A DNA stretch of 64,000 bases from Clostridiales bacterium (GCA_012837425.1 DURE01000006.1:11462-75461); one strand, 5' to 3'; positions 19,229 to 29,265 are shown, numbered from the stretch's first letter. Numbers and translations: made by a program. Notes: generated from the sequence alone by a model not told the origin.

Positions 19229-20680
19229 TTATCTGTTGTCTGCAGCCGGCTCGCCGGTCTTTGTGCCATAGAGCGCAAAGGCTTCTGTGCGCTCTACTTT
19301 TACATTGACAAAATTCCCGATGTCGGCCTGCTCGCCGGGATAGTAGACAATTTTATTGCCAGAAGTGCGGCCGCCGTACATGCTTTTGTCGGTCTTGCTC
19401 GGGCCGTCGCAGAGCACCCGCACAACGCTGCCTTGAAACCTTTTGTTGATTTCCTCGGATATGGCGTTCTGCAGCTCAACCAGCGCCAGGTAGCGCTGGG
19501 TTTTTACCTCGCCCGGAACCTGATTATCCATGTCTGCCGCCGGGGTGCCCCGACGTGGCGAGAAGACAAACGAGAAAATCATGTCAAAGCGCACTCTTCG
19601 GATAATATCGAGCGTGTCCTCAAAGTCCTCGTCTGTCTCACCCGGAAAACCGACTATTATATCCGAGGTCAGAGCGATGTCGGGCATCCTCTCCCTTATA
19701 TATGCCACGGTGTCAAGATAGTTTGCCCGGTTATACCGGCGGTTCATCGCCTTGAGAATCTTGTCGCTTCCCGACTGCAGCGGAAGATGAAAATGCCTTG
19801 CTGCCTTGTCCGATTTTGCCAGCGCGTCGACAAGCCTTCTTGTGGCGTCCTTCGGGTGGCTGGTCATAAAGCGCAGCCTGAAGTCGCCCTCAATTGCCGA
19901 TATATCGCTTATCAACTGAGCAAAATCATAACCAGTGCCGAGGTCTCTGCCGTATGAGTTGACATTCTGCCCCAAAAGGGTTATATCCCGGCAGCCATTC
20001 CCGACCAATTCCCGTGCCTCGGCTAAAATGTCCTCGGGCCGCCGGCTCTGCTCGCGCCCCCGGACATAGGGAACAATGCAGTATGAGCAGTAGTTGTCGC
20101 AACCGTACATGACAGGCAGCCAGGCTTTATAGGAAAACTCGCGTCGCACCGGCAGGTTTTCGGGGACAGCGCCGCCATCATCGAGGCAAAAAAGCCGCCT
20201 CTCACCCGAAAGCCGCCGGTATAGCAGCTCGGGGAGTCTTTGCCACCCCGAGGAGCCGAGCACAATATCGACATAGGGGTATCTTTGTTTCAGCTCGTTT
20301 TGCCGGTGCTCCTGGGCCGTCATGCAGCCGCAGGCGACTATCACTGCCGCCGGGTTTTCCTTTTTTATATGCTTGAGCCGCCCGATATGCGAGAGTGCCT
20401 TCTGCTCGGCGTGCTCGCGCACCGCGCAGGTATTGGCTATTATAAGCGAGGCCTCCTCAGGCCGGTCGACCATCACATATCCCATAGCCTCGGCCACTCC
20501 GGCCAGCCGTTCGCTGTCGGCCTCGTTCTGCTGGCAGCCGAAGGTCATAATATATACCCCGGGCAGCCTGCCGGCCTCAGCGGTCTGCTGGCTGATTATC
20601 TCACTGACCAGCGAAATATAATGCTGCTGACCGCAGCCGTCACCAACCAACTCCCCTCGGGTTTCTCTGGTATCCGACAT
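19229..20680 (-). CDS. miaB: tRNA methylthiotransferase MiaB
   Basis: TFGCQQN, NTCAVRE, radical-SAM CDNYCSYC, C-terminal TRAM domain; AGGAG RBS before ATG 20680. Confidence 0.95.
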   Translation of the reverse strand: MSDTRETRGELVGDGCGQQHYISLVSEIISQQTAEAGRLPGVYIMTFGCQQNEADSERLAGVAEAMGYVMVDRPEEASLIIANTCAVREHAEQKALSHIGRLKHIKKENPAAVIVACGCMTAQEHRQNELKQRYPYVDIVLGSSGWQRLPELLYRRLSGERRLFCLDDGGAVPENLPVRREFSYKAWLPVMYGCDNYCSYCIVPYVRGREQSRRPEDILAEARELVGNGCRDITLLGQNVNSYGRDLGTGYDFAQLISDISAIEGDFRLRFMTSHPKDATRRLVDALAKSDKAARHFHLPLQSGSDKILKAMNRRYNRANYLDTVAYIRERMPDIALTSDIIVGFPGETDEDFEDTLDIIRRVRFDMIFSFVFSPRRGTPAADMDNQVPGEVKTQRYLALVELQNAISEEINKRFQGSVVRVLCDGPSKTDKSMYGGRTSGNKIVYYPGEQADIGNFVNVKVERTEAFALYGTKTGEPAADNR

Positions 20681-20722
20681 TCTGTCTCCTGACTTTAGTT
20701 CGTTTTGACTTGCCACCCTAAC

Positions 20723-20751
20723 ATTATAAATCAAAGAGGCAGAATTGTCAA
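20723..20751 (-). promoter_or_regulatory. Consensus sigma-A promoter of the miaB-ylbF-mutS-mutL cluster
   Basis: TTGACA-17 nt-TATAAT on the - strand. Confidence 0.8.
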
Positions 20752-20754
20752 TTT

Positions 20755-21750
20755 CTATTGGCCTGCCGGCTCGAATTTTCGCTCAAGCCCCGGGGTCCGG
20801 CTTATTTCGCCGTCGCCGATAAACAGCGCCTCAAATTTGATTTTTCCCGACTCGTAGAGCCCGAGCGCTGCCTCTTTGCCCATGACAAAAAGGGCGGTTG
20901 AGAGCGCGTCGGCAAGAACACCCGTCTCGCAGATGACCGCCACGCTGTGCAGGTCGGTGTCGGCCGGGTAGCCACTAAACGGGTTTATGACATGGTGGTA
21001 CCGCTCACCGTCGATTACCACATATCGCTCGTAGTCCCCGGTGACAGACAGCACGCCCGAGCTCATAAAGACATAGCCAGCTACCCTGCTGGTGTCGGCC
21101 GGGTCCTTTATGCCGATTCTGTATTCGCTGCCATCGGGCTTCTCGCCTATTACCGCGACATTGCTGCCGAAGGATACCAAACCGTATTTTACCCCGGCCG
21201 AGACAAGATATTCGACAAGCCTGTCACAGGCGTATCCCTTGGCTATTGCGCCGAGGTCTATCCTTGTATTTTCGTTACTCTTTTTAACTGTATTGCCATC
21301 GAGTGAAATCTTTTCGTAGCCGACGGCGTCACCGAGTTCCTTTATATATCCTGGGTCGGGCAGCTTGTTTTCGGCTCCGCAGCGCTCCCACATCAGCACA
21401 TAGGGCAGCACGGTTATGTCAAAAGAGCCGCCGGTAAGCTCCGAGACCTCAAGCGCGGTGCGAATAATCGCGGCAGTATGGGCCGAAACCTCGGCCGAGC
21501 CTGCCACAGCATTTACCCGGCTGACCTCGCTCTCGGGGTTGGTTCTTGACATAAGACTGTCGAGCGAGCTTAAAATCGCGTCACATTCCGAAAAAATCAG
21601 CTCTGCATCCGGGGTGTTTTTATCAATTTTAATAGTGACAAGGGTATCCATGCCCCATGTTGTGTGGGACAGATACCTCTGCCTCCCGCAGGACGGGGTC
21701 GTAAGGAGGATACACAATATTGCCAGTGACACTGAAATATAACGTTTCAT
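20755..21750 (-). CDS. apbE: FAD:protein FMN transferase (ApbE), lipoprotein
   Basis: Lipobox-like TPSC, MDT, FDITV, IDLGAIAKG, GDYERY, HHVINP, ADALSTA. Confidence 0.93.
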   Translation of the reverse strand: MKRYISVSLAILCILLTTPSCGRQRYLSHTTWGMDTLVTIKIDKNTPDAELIFSECDAILSSLDSLMSRTNPESEVSRVNAVAGSAEVSAHTAAIIRTALEVSELTGGSFDITVLPYVLMWERCGAENKLPDPGYIKELGDAVGYEKISLDGNTVKKSNENTRIDLGAIAKGYACDRLVEYLVSAGVKYGLVSFGSNVAVIGEKPDGSEYRIGIKDPADTSRVAGYVFMSSGVLSVTGDYERYVVIDGERYHHVINPFSGYPADTDLHSVAVICETGVLADALSTALFVMGKEAALGLYESGKIKFEALFIGDGEISRTPGLERKFEPAGQ

Positions 21751-22283
21751 CTTTCCCCTCCCTGAGCCCCGAGAGCCGGCAGGAGCCTTGGTGTGAGGAT
21801 ATTGAGCAGAACACCGCTTACACTTCCGAAGGCCGCCGAGGCAAATAGCAGCGCCGGCAGATATGATATTACAGCCCCGCTAAAGAGGACTGCGGCGGCC
21901 ATAAGCTGCCCTATATTGTGCAGCGAGGCGCTTATCACCGAAACTCCCCAGAAGCTGAGTTTGTTTTTAAGTGCATAATTAACTACATACATCCCAACCA
22001 GCGAAAAAGCAGCCCCAGTGGCCGAGAAGAAAAACGAGACCGGGCTGCCGAAGAGCAGCGCCATGACAATCACCCTTACTGCCGAGATAACTGCCGCCTC
22101 GGTTGAGGACAGGCAAAAAAATACGAACATGACAAGGATGTTGGCCAGCCCCAAACGAAAGCCGGGCAGCGGCAGCAGAAGCCCGAGCGGGATAAAGCTC
22201 TCAATGTATGAGAGCAGGAGCGCCGCCGAGACCAGCGCCGCTCCCCGGGCGGCGCGGGCGGCCGGGCTGTCAGCCCGCGACAT
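21747..22283 (-). CDS. Gx transporter / heptaprenyl diphosphate synthase component I family membrane protein
   Basis: LSYIE..P.PG.RLGLAN, SASLHNIGQ. Confidence 0.85.
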   Translation of the reverse strand: MSRADSPAARAARGAALVSAALLLSYIESFIPLGLLLPLPGFRLGLANILVMFVFFCLSSTEAAVISAVRVIVMALLFGSPVSFFFSATGAAFSLVGMYVVNYALKNKLSFWGVSVISASLHNIGQLMAAAVLFSGAVISYLPALLFASAAFGSVSGVLLNILTPRLLPALGAQGGER

Positions 22284-22650
22284 GGTCACAATCCCCGCCT
22301 CCTCCCAAAATGGTTACAGCCACACCGGCCGGCGCGCAGATAATAGCCTCCCCGCCCCGCCATATCCGCCCGGTATGAACGCAAACCTGGTCGGGGCAGT
22401 CTGACTCGCCTACCCAAACTCCGCCGTCCTCAATTATTACATATAGTGTTATCCCGTTTGACTCAATCTTTATCTCGCGGTCCATTTGCAGGTCGAAGCG
22501 CTCGGTTCCCCGGTTTCTCACGGTGATTTCGACATAGCCCGCGTCGGGGCTTGCAAAGCCCCGGAAAACCAGCAAAAAAAGTGCGGCGACAAGAACTGCC
22601 GCTGTGACTATTATGTCACCGGGGGATATTCTGCTCCGCACCGCATTCAT
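22270..22650 (-). CDS. NusG domain II-containing protein
   Basis: N-terminal TM segment, SDCPDQVCVHTG.I, IICAP. Confidence 0.88.
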   Translation of the reverse strand: MNAVRSRISPGDIIVTAAVLVAALFLLVFRGFASPDAGYVEITVRNRGTERFDLQMDREIKIESNGITLYVIIEDGGVWVGESDCPDQVCVHTGRIWRGGEAIICAPAGVAVTILGGGGDCDHVAG

Positions 22651-22771
22651 ATTCTGCCGCCCCCTGCTTTGGATACTTATATTATCCCCTGTATTATATC
22701 ATTGTTTTTCACCAAACACAATAAACTCGGGTGACAATACTAAGTTATTTTTGATTTTTTGCAAAAAAGGG

Positions 22772-22800
22772 TTGCAAAATAAAAGATGTTGTGTTATAAT
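22772..22800 (+). promoter_or_regulatory. sigma-A promoter for tRNA-Val
   Basis: TTGCAA-17 nt-TATAAT. Confidence 0.8.
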
Positions 22801-22811
22801 ACACTTCGCTC

Positions 22812-22888
22812 GGAGGCATAGCTCAGTTGGTTAGAGTACATGCTTGACATGCATGGGGTCGTTGGTTCAACTCCAACTGTCTCCACCA
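22812..22888 (+). tRNA. tRNA-Val (GAC)
   Basis: Cloverleaf: acceptor GGAGGCA/TGTCTCC, anticodon arm CATGC-TTGACAT-GCATG, T-loop TTCAACT, encoded CCA. Confidence 0.97.
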
Positions 22889-22892
22889 CATA

Positions 22893-22925
22893 AGTCTCTT
22901 TTGCCGGTCGGCAAAAGAGATTTTT
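22893..22925 (+). terminator. Intrinsic terminator after tRNA-Val
   Basis: tctcttttgccg-gt-cggcaaaagaga followed by a T-run. Confidence 0.8.
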
Positions 22926-22963
22926 CATATACACCGATTTATGTGCGAGATGAGGAGCTGATT

Positions 22964-23935
22964 ATGACTGAACTGTATCCGCTCAAACTCCGCGGCATCC
23001 CGGTAAATATGCTCTGGGGAGGCAGCCGGCTGCGCGACAGATTCAGAAAGCCGGGTGCCACCTGCAAGACCGGCGAGACCTGGGAGCTCTCGGTCCGCCC
23101 GGATAGGGTGAACATAATCGAGAACGGCGCATATACGGGGCTTACCCTCGAGGATTTTTTCAGTAAGGCCGGGAATAAGGTTGTCTCGGAGGATTATGAG
23201 GGCGGCAGGTTTCCGCTTTTAATAAAATTTATTGACGCTGCCGACGACCTCTCAATCCAGGTGCACCCCGACAATGAGTACGCCGCCCATGTCGAATGTG
23301 ATTTTGGCAAAACCGAGATGTGGTATATCATTGACGCCAAACCCGGCGCCGGGATAATCTACGGTCTTGGCGAGGGCTGCGCTAAAGAGGACCTTAAAAG
23401 AGCGCTTGAAGCGGGGGTACCGGGAGAGGCTCTGAACTTTGTTAAAGTCAAGCCCGGCGACAGCTTTTTCATACCGGCTGGGCTTGTCCACGCCATAGGT
23501 CGCGGGGTATTCATCGCCGAAATCCAGCAGAACTGCGACCTTACATACCGTGTTTACGACTACGGGCGGCTTGGCCTCGGCGGCAAGCCCCGTGAGCTGC
23601 ATACAAAAAAAGCCTTTGACGTCATTTATCCATATACCCACGAGGAAATCGAGCGCATGCGTTTTTCGGCCTCAGTCCCCGGGAAGCGTGACCGGTCTGT
23701 CCTTTCACACTGCGAATACTTCAAGACCTTAAAGCTTGACATCAGCCGGCCGGTTGACCTTTTCTCGGGAAGCGAAAGCTTTCATTCGCTGCTCTGTATA
23801 TCGGGCGGCGGCACAATCGAGTGCGGCGGCGGGGCTTACTATATCAGCGCAGGAGATAGCTGGTTTGTTCCGGCCGGCACCGGGCACTACCGGCTCTCGG
23901 GCAGGTTCTGTGTTTTGCTTACCACGCTGAAATAA
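22964..23935 (+). CDS. manA: Mannose-6-phosphate isomerase, class I
   Basis: WGG..L, FPLLIKFIDA, LSIQVHP, GKTEMW, HAIG, EIQQN..TYRVYD; GAGGAG RBS. Confidence 0.9.
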   Translation: MTELYPLKLRGIPVNMLWGGSRLRDRFRKPGATCKTGETWELSVRPDRVNIIENGAYTGLTLEDFFSKAGNKVVSEDYEGGRFPLLIKFIDAADDLSIQVHPDNEYAAHVECDFGKTEMWYIIDAKPGAGIIYGLGEGCAKEDLKRALEAGVPGEALNFVKVKPGDSFFIPAGLVHAIGRGVFIAEIQQNCDLTYRVYDYGRLGLGGKPRELHTKKAFDVIYPYTHEEIERMRFSASVPGKRDRSVLSHCEYFKTLKLDISRPVDLFSGSESFHSLLCISGGGTIECGGGAYYISAGDSWFVPAGTGHYRLSGRFCVLLTTLK

Positions 23936-23949
23936 AACAAAAAAATCAG

Positions 23950-23983
23950 GCAGGAGGACATCTGAAGGATGTCCTCCTGCTGA
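23950..23983. terminator. Bidirectional terminator between manA and the MBL gene
   Basis: gcaggaggacatc-tgaag-gatgtcctcctgc with A/T runs on both sides. Confidence 0.8.
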
Positions 23984-23985
23984 AT

Positions 23986-25833
23986 TTATTTTATTTGTGT
24001 ATTTTCGGTCACGCTGTAATTTGTCCCGTAGTAGGGCAGCTTGAACACCCAGGTAGAAAAGCCGGCGACATATAGCGTGCGCATTCCCTTCTTATCAAGG
24101 TTTACCTCGCTGTATTCTATTTTGACTATTTCGCCCGAGGACATTAAGGTATCCGAGCCGTCGGGGCGGAAATATTCGTTTCTCTTGTTCGCGCTGAGGT
24201 TTTCTTTTGTGACATAATTCGACCTGACGCCAAAATAGCCGTTGAGCCCGACCGGCCAGAGGGCGTATTCGGCCCTCACTGTGGCATAAAACTCGGTGCT
24301 GCCCCCGTCCCAGCCGTGATGCGCGACTGTGACGAAATCCGACTCTAAGTAATCCCCGTATATATCGAGGACAACCCGGCCCGCCTCCCCGGACATGTCA
24401 GCGGACATCAGCGCCGTTTGCCCGCTCAGCGTCACACGGGACACAATGCTTGAGGTGTTGAGGTTTGATATGGCTTTTGGCGAGTACAGCTCATGAGTAT
24501 AGAGGACCTCTATCTCCGCGTCGCGGATATATAGCCTCTGCCCTGGGTGAACCTGAACCCGCCGGGCGCCCGCGAAGGCCGCCATTGCCCGGTCGGTCTG
24601 CGGGCCGGGCTCGGTGTAATTGAACAAAAACCGCTCGACCTGCAGTGTCCTGTCGCCCGAGTAAAGCTCGGCAAAACGGCGCAGCGCCCCGAAATGGTCG
24701 CCGTGATAATGCGTGATAATCCAGCCCGAAATTCTGATATTATCGGGGTCGGGGGCGAATTCCTTCAGGAGCTCATAAATGCGCTGCGCATTTTGCCGAT
24801 AAACCTTCCTCGGCCCGACATTCACATAATCCTCGTAGTGCCCGCCGTCATAAATCAGAAAACTGCCGTCCGAGAGCCGGAACATATAGCACATCCCGTT
24901 TGTCACCGAGTCGTCATACGATACAACGCCGACCTGAAATAGCAGCGGCTGGCAGATATTCTCGGTTTCGGCTTTCTCAAAGAGTCCGGGCTCGATATTT
25001 GAGGCCGGCTCGCGCAGGATTCTGAGCTCGTTGTTGTACCTGCTGTAAGCAAGACTTACTGAATAAGTGCTCCCGACCGCCGTGGCAAAAAGATTTCCGG
25101 CGGCCTCGGTATGCGCGAGCAGCTTATATCCCGACGAGGTGAAAACACCGGCACAGGCCCGGAATATCCCCTCGTTTGCCCCCTCTACAACCGTTAGCAC
25201 GCAGCCGTAGCCGCAGTCATAGGCATTCTCAAAGCCAAATATATTGTCGCCCCTGAAGTACCCGCAGAAGCGCGAGTCATACCAGACCGCGGTATATGTC
25301 TCGGAATAGCTGACTATTCCGTCCCTTATCGCAAAGGGTGAGAGCGTCATAACAACCGCGCCCTCGGCAGGAAGCCCTGACAGCTCGGTCACACAAAATT
25401 CATTGCCCCCGGCCGTCAAAGCGCTCAGCGTGCTCTCGCCGGTGCTGATTTCATAAACTGACTCTCCCCTGATTTTCTGCTCATCCAAAGGCCCGCCGGC
25501 GTCAAAGCGGGCTTTAATTCCGGCCGTGTCATATTCGTCGGTATTGTAAAGCGACACCGCCCGCAGCGCCATACTCCCGCCCTCTGATTTCTCCTGAAAT
25601 CCGAACAGGAAAAAATCCCGGTTTTCTTCCCCCGCCGGCCGGTCACCTTCAGAGATTAAGTGAATCTCCCCGAACACGGTGGGCTGGAGCGGTTGTGTGG
25701 TTTCGGTCTCGGTTGCGTGTGGTTCGGCCTCTGCCGGCCGGCAGCCCCCGCAGATTATTGCTGCGATTACAAGGAAAAAAACAAGGGCTTCCACGGACGG
25801 CGGCATATGTCTGCTTTTCTGTTCAGCTCGCAT
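23986..25833 (-). CDS. Exported/lipoprotein metallo-beta-lactamase-fold hydrolase (ComEC/Rec2-like MBL domain)
   Basis: Hydrophobic N-terminus with Cys, YDGG, THYHGDH, N.SS, SAD, VAHHG. Confidence 0.8.
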   Translation of the reverse strand: MRAEQKSRHMPPSVEALVFFLVIAAIICGGCRPAEAEPHATETETTQPLQPTVFGEIHLISEGDRPAGEENRDFFLFGFQEKSEGGSMALRAVSLYNTDEYDTAGIKARFDAGGPLDEQKIRGESVYEISTGESTLSALTAGGNEFCVTELSGLPAEGAVVMTLSPFAIRDGIVSYSETYTAVWYDSRFCGYFRGDNIFGFENAYDCGYGCVLTVVEGANEGIFRACAGVFTSSGYKLLAHTEAAGNLFATAVGSTYSVSLAYSRYNNELRILREPASNIEPGLFEKAETENICQPLLFQVGVVSYDDSVTNGMCYMFRLSDGSFLIYDGGHYEDYVNVGPRKVYRQNAQRIYELLKEFAPDPDNIRISGWIITHYHGDHFGALRRFAELYSGDRTLQVERFLFNYTEPGPQTDRAMAAFAGARRVQVHPGQRLYIRDAEIEVLYTHELYSPKAISNLNTSSIVSRVTLSGQTALMSADMSGEAGRVVLDIYGDYLESDFVTVAHHGWDGGSTEFYATVRAEYALWPVGLNGYFGVRSNYVTKENLSANKRNEYFRPDGSDTLMSSGEIVKIEYSEVNLDKKGMRTLYVAGFSTWVFKLPYYGTNYSVTENTQIK

Positions 25834-25909
25834 AATTACCTCGCTAGACCGGGACCGGCGCTCGCCAGTCCCGGTAAATTGATTCAGGTTATGCTTCTAG
25901 GTCGGGTAA

Positions 25910-27655
25910 TCAGCTCCTGCGTTTCTTTGCGACACCGGCAGTGCCGGCAAGAGCAAAGAGAATGAAGGCGGGGGCGACAGCCGACTTGCAGCCCGAGGAT
26001 TCGGGCTTCTCGGTCTCGGGTGCTTTGGTTGTCCCGGCCCCCTCGCCGGTCCCGGTCGCGTCGCCGGTTGATTTGTAGGTCACCTTTATTGTCCTGTCAA
26101 TCTCATATTTCCCCTCAATCACCGGGAAATTAGGCTCATATCCCTCAATCACGGGAGACTCGATACTGAACTCGGTGCCAAAGGGCTTAGTGTCGACATA
26201 AGGGTCGGCCGCCTTGCTTCCGTCCTCAAATACATACTCGATGGTCAGTTTGTACTCCCTGATAGAATATGTAACCGTTATCTCAACCGGTGCGTTGCCC
26301 ATTTTGCCGGACACGGTTTCCTGATCGGTGGTATAGCCGGTAATGGCCGGAGAATCAATGCTGTATTCCTCTCCTTCGAGCAGGTCGGCTTTATAGTCTT
26401 CAGCCGCCTTATCTCCGTTTGAGTAAACGTAGTGAATGGTCAGCGGAATTGTAGTTGCGAAAAATGCCTCCTCAATTGCGGCTGCGGCGCTTTCCATCGC
26501 CGCATATTCGGCGTCTGTCTTGGCCACAATTTTGTTGTCCTTGAGCTCAAATCCGCTTATCGCACCCGAGCCGCCAATCTCAAGGGTGCCCGAGGGCACC
26601 GAATAGCAGTTTTCAATTGTTCCGATAACCTGAAGGAGCCCGCCGATAAGCCCGGTCTGGGTTGTGTCGTTATCCTTGCCGGTAATTGAGCCGAAGTTGT
26701 AGCAGTTTGAAATTATCGAACCGGCACTGCTGTGGAATTTGCCGATAATGCCGCCGACGCCGGTGTTATCGTTGAGATAATCGGCAAAGCTGATCTCACC
26801 GTAGTTGACACAATTGACAATTTCGGCCGTTTTTACGAAAGCCGATATGCCCGCAGCTCCGGCATGATTGGGCGTCGCGGTCTTGGCGAGCGCGACCACG
26901 TTTCCGTAATTGATGCAGTTCTTAACCACGCTGGAGTCGGCAAGGCCGACGATGCCGCCGATGATGACGTTGTTGGTAGGTTTGGCAGAGGTGCCGTCAA
27001 GTGCGCCGTAGCCGTAAATGGTGCCCTCGTTGATGCAGGAGTCAATGGTGCCTTCCTTCTCGACGCGGCCGGCAATCATGCCGCTTGAGCTGGTATAGCA
27101 CTCGACGACCGAGGTTGCGTCAACCGTGCAGCGGGCCACCGTGCCGCCGCCGATATAGCCGGCAATAACTGCCGAGTAGCAGGCGTCTTTGGTAACTATG
27201 CTGGCGCCCACGAAGTTGATTCCCTTAGCCGTGCCGCCGATGATTCCGAAAAATCCGAAGCGGATGCCGTCGGGCTCTCTGGAGGCCATATCGATGGTCA
27301 AATTCTTTATGTAATGTCCTTGTCCGTCAAAAGTCCCCATAAACCCGGTGGTTCCGGAAGCTCCGGTGGTGGTTCCTATCGGTACCCAGTTTTTGCCGCC
27401 GAGGTCGATGTCGGCGCCCAGCAATATTGTCTTGCCCGAAAAATCGTCGGGTGCAATGCTTGACAGAGCACCGTTGACTATCGCGGCAAGCCCGGCCAGT
27501 TGTTCGGGGGTTGTTAAGGTAAAGGTGGTGTCGGTGGTGTTATACCACGAGGTGTCGATGGTTGTTCCATCCCATGCCGCAGAGGTGCCAACGGTAAAGA
27601 CTGCAAGCAGAACTACCGTTGTGAACGTAAGAAGCAATGCTGAAATTCGTTTCAT
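25910..27655 (-). CDS. Cell-surface protein with GLUG-like repeat region, two MucBP-like domains and a GCxS C-terminal anchor
   Basis: Signal peptide; ADIDL..W.PIG..F.GTFDGQGH.I.NL; GGIVG/NC.NYG repeats; twice LTI.YV...G.KAA..Y..SP.I.GY; tail SSGCKS-hydrophobic-KKRRS. Confidence 0.85.
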   Translation of the reverse strand: MKRISALLLTFTTVVLLAVFTVGTSAAWDGTTIDTSWYNTTDTTFTLTTPEQLAGLAAIVNGALSSIAPDDFSGKTILLGADIDLGGKNWVPIGTTTGASGTTGFMGTFDGQGHYIKNLTIDMASREPDGIRFGFFGIIGGTAKGINFVGASIVTKDACYSAVIAGYIGGGTVARCTVDATSVVECYTSSSGMIAGRVEKEGTIDSCINEGTIYGYGALDGTSAKPTNNVIIGGIVGLADSSVVKNCINYGNVVALAKTATPNHAGAAGISAFVKTAEIVNCVNYGEISFADYLNDNTGVGGIIGKFHSSAGSIISNCYNFGSITGKDNDTTQTGLIGGLLQVIGTIENCYSVPSGTLEIGGSGAISGFELKDNKIVAKTDAEYAAMESAAAAIEEAFFATTIPLTIHYVYSNGDKAAEDYKADLLEGEEYSIDSPAITGYTTDQETVSGKMGNAPVEITVTYSIREYKLTIEYVFEDGSKAADPYVDTKPFGTEFSIESPVIEGYEPNFPVIEGKYEIDRTIKVTYKSTGDATGTGEGAGTTKAPETEKPESSGCKSAVAPAFILFALAGTAGVAKKRRS

Positions 27656-27716
27656 GTTTTTGTTCCTTTCGTTAAGTTTATTTAAATCGGTACCGTATTA
27701 CTCTTTGTGCGGGAAA

Positions 27717-29201
27717 TCAGCTCCCAAAATCATTTCTAAACTTTTGGAGCATCGTTTCTATCGCTTTTGACTGGGCTTTGTATGCCGTGGCGAAGTTACC
27801 GTTGTTATTTGTTATGCAGCTGCGCCAAATTGTCAGAGTCACGTTGTTGAATGCGGCGTAGGCATATATCCGGCCGACGTCAAAGTTGACTGAGGCGCGT
27901 AGAATGTCAAGCATTTTTCCGGTTTCCTCGTCCGAGGCATATTTGTGCTTTAGAGTGATGTTGAATACCTCGGGCGTGACAAGCCGATGACCGGCTGAGG
28001 CCAGGCATTCGAGCAGGTATGCGCAGTGTTCCTGCTTCTGGGTCCCTGTCGAAATCGAATACAGGGTGTGCGGGTATGAAACACCGGTCACATAATCTTC
28101 CTGATACTCGTCATATTTCGGAGCCGGAACAATTCCATAGAAGTCAACTTCATTAAAGCTGAGGAAGGCAGCATTGAGAGAGGCAAACTCAAACAGGCAG
28201 CGGCCGTCAGCGAAGATTTTGGTACCCACTTCGGTGTAAACATCCCCGCTCTTGTAGAACCAGTCAATAATTTTAGCCAGGAGGTTTGAGGTTTTTTCGC
28301 TGTTCCAGGAGTCGGATATAACCGGTAGGTCGTCACTGTCCTTCTCCATTGTCACAAGCCCCGCGCCGTAAAAGGCGGTGTCAAGTGCGTTTGTTTTTGA
28401 GGAAATGGTAAACCCGTAGATGTCGCTGTCATCGTTTGTGCCATTCCCGTTTAAGTCGTTATAGACGTCCTTCGACATGGAAATCAGCTTGTCTATCGTC
28501 CACTTTCCGGATAATACAAGCTCGTAGGGCGACTCGAGATTCAGCTCCTGCAGCATATTTTTATTGAAGTATGTACACTGGAGCATCGCGATAAGGTTTG
28601 TCGATATGTCGCCGGTAACAAAACAAAGCTTGCCGCCGATTGTCGCTTCGCTCACCATCTCCTCGGGCCACCACGGGAGGTCGAATGCAAAAATATTGTC
28701 GTACTCCATCAAATTAACAGTATAGCCCTGGACCGACAGTAAAGCGTTTGCCTGACTGTAGCCGGCAACAATGTCATAGTCACAGGTGCCGGAGTTTACA
28801 TCGGTCACAACCTTCTGAGTCCACTGAATATAATATGAGCCATCACCGAGCTCACCATAAAAATCCAACTGGTTGTTCAGACGTTCGGTCACAATAAGGT
28901 TGCGGGTGAAAATTGCGTCGTTGATGTTCTCTCCGTTCTGTCCTTCAGAAAAAAACTCCTGAATATGCCGGTCGGACCAGTAAAATATTTTAATGGTCTC
29001 GCCTTTAAAGTCAAGCCTCTCGGGCAGCCGGTCGAGTCTGTAGCCGTCTTTGTCATACAGCGAGTCGGAATCTTCCGGAGTTGTGGCGTCGCCGCTCTGG
29101 ACAGTCGTCGTGGTTAAGTTCTCGTCTTCCCCGCCGACGCAGGAAATCAGGGCGGTTGTCATCAGCAGCGCAAGGAACAGCGCAATAATTCTTCTTAACA
29201 T
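27717..29201 (-). CDS. Extracellular solute-binding lipoprotein (carbohydrate ABC-type family)
   Basis: Lipobox LISC; YFNK, G.WT.D, FADG..LF, YGIVPAPKYDE; AAAGGAG RBS. Confidence 0.85.
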   Translation of the reverse strand: MLRRIIALFLALLMTTALISCVGGEDENLTTTTVQSGDATTPEDSDSLYDKDGYRLDRLPERLDFKGETIKIFYWSDRHIQEFFSEGQNGENINDAIFTRNLIVTERLNNQLDFYGELGDGSYYIQWTQKVVTDVNSGTCDYDIVAGYSQANALLSVQGYTVNLMEYDNIFAFDLPWWPEEMVSEATIGGKLCFVTGDISTNLIAMLQCTYFNKNMLQELNLESPYELVLSGKWTIDKLISMSKDVYNDLNGNGTNDDSDIYGFTISSKTNALDTAFYGAGLVTMEKDSDDLPVISDSWNSEKTSNLLAKIIDWFYKSGDVYTEVGTKIFADGRCLFEFASLNAAFLSFNEVDFYGIVPAPKYDEYQEDYVTGVSYPHTLYSISTGTQKQEHCAYLLECLASAGHRLVTPEVFNITLKHKYASDEETGKMLDILRASVNFDVGRIYAYAAFNNVTLTIWRSCITNNNGNFATAYKAQSKAIETMLQKFRNDFGS

Positions 29202-29265
29202 TCAATATATCTCCTTTCGGGATTATACTTGCCGTTTGACATTTTTGAGACTGGCCAGGAAATAT

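Noticed and set aside
27688-27695. CGGTACCG palindrome as a fourth LacI operator
   Set aside because: Too short and lacks the AACGTT core
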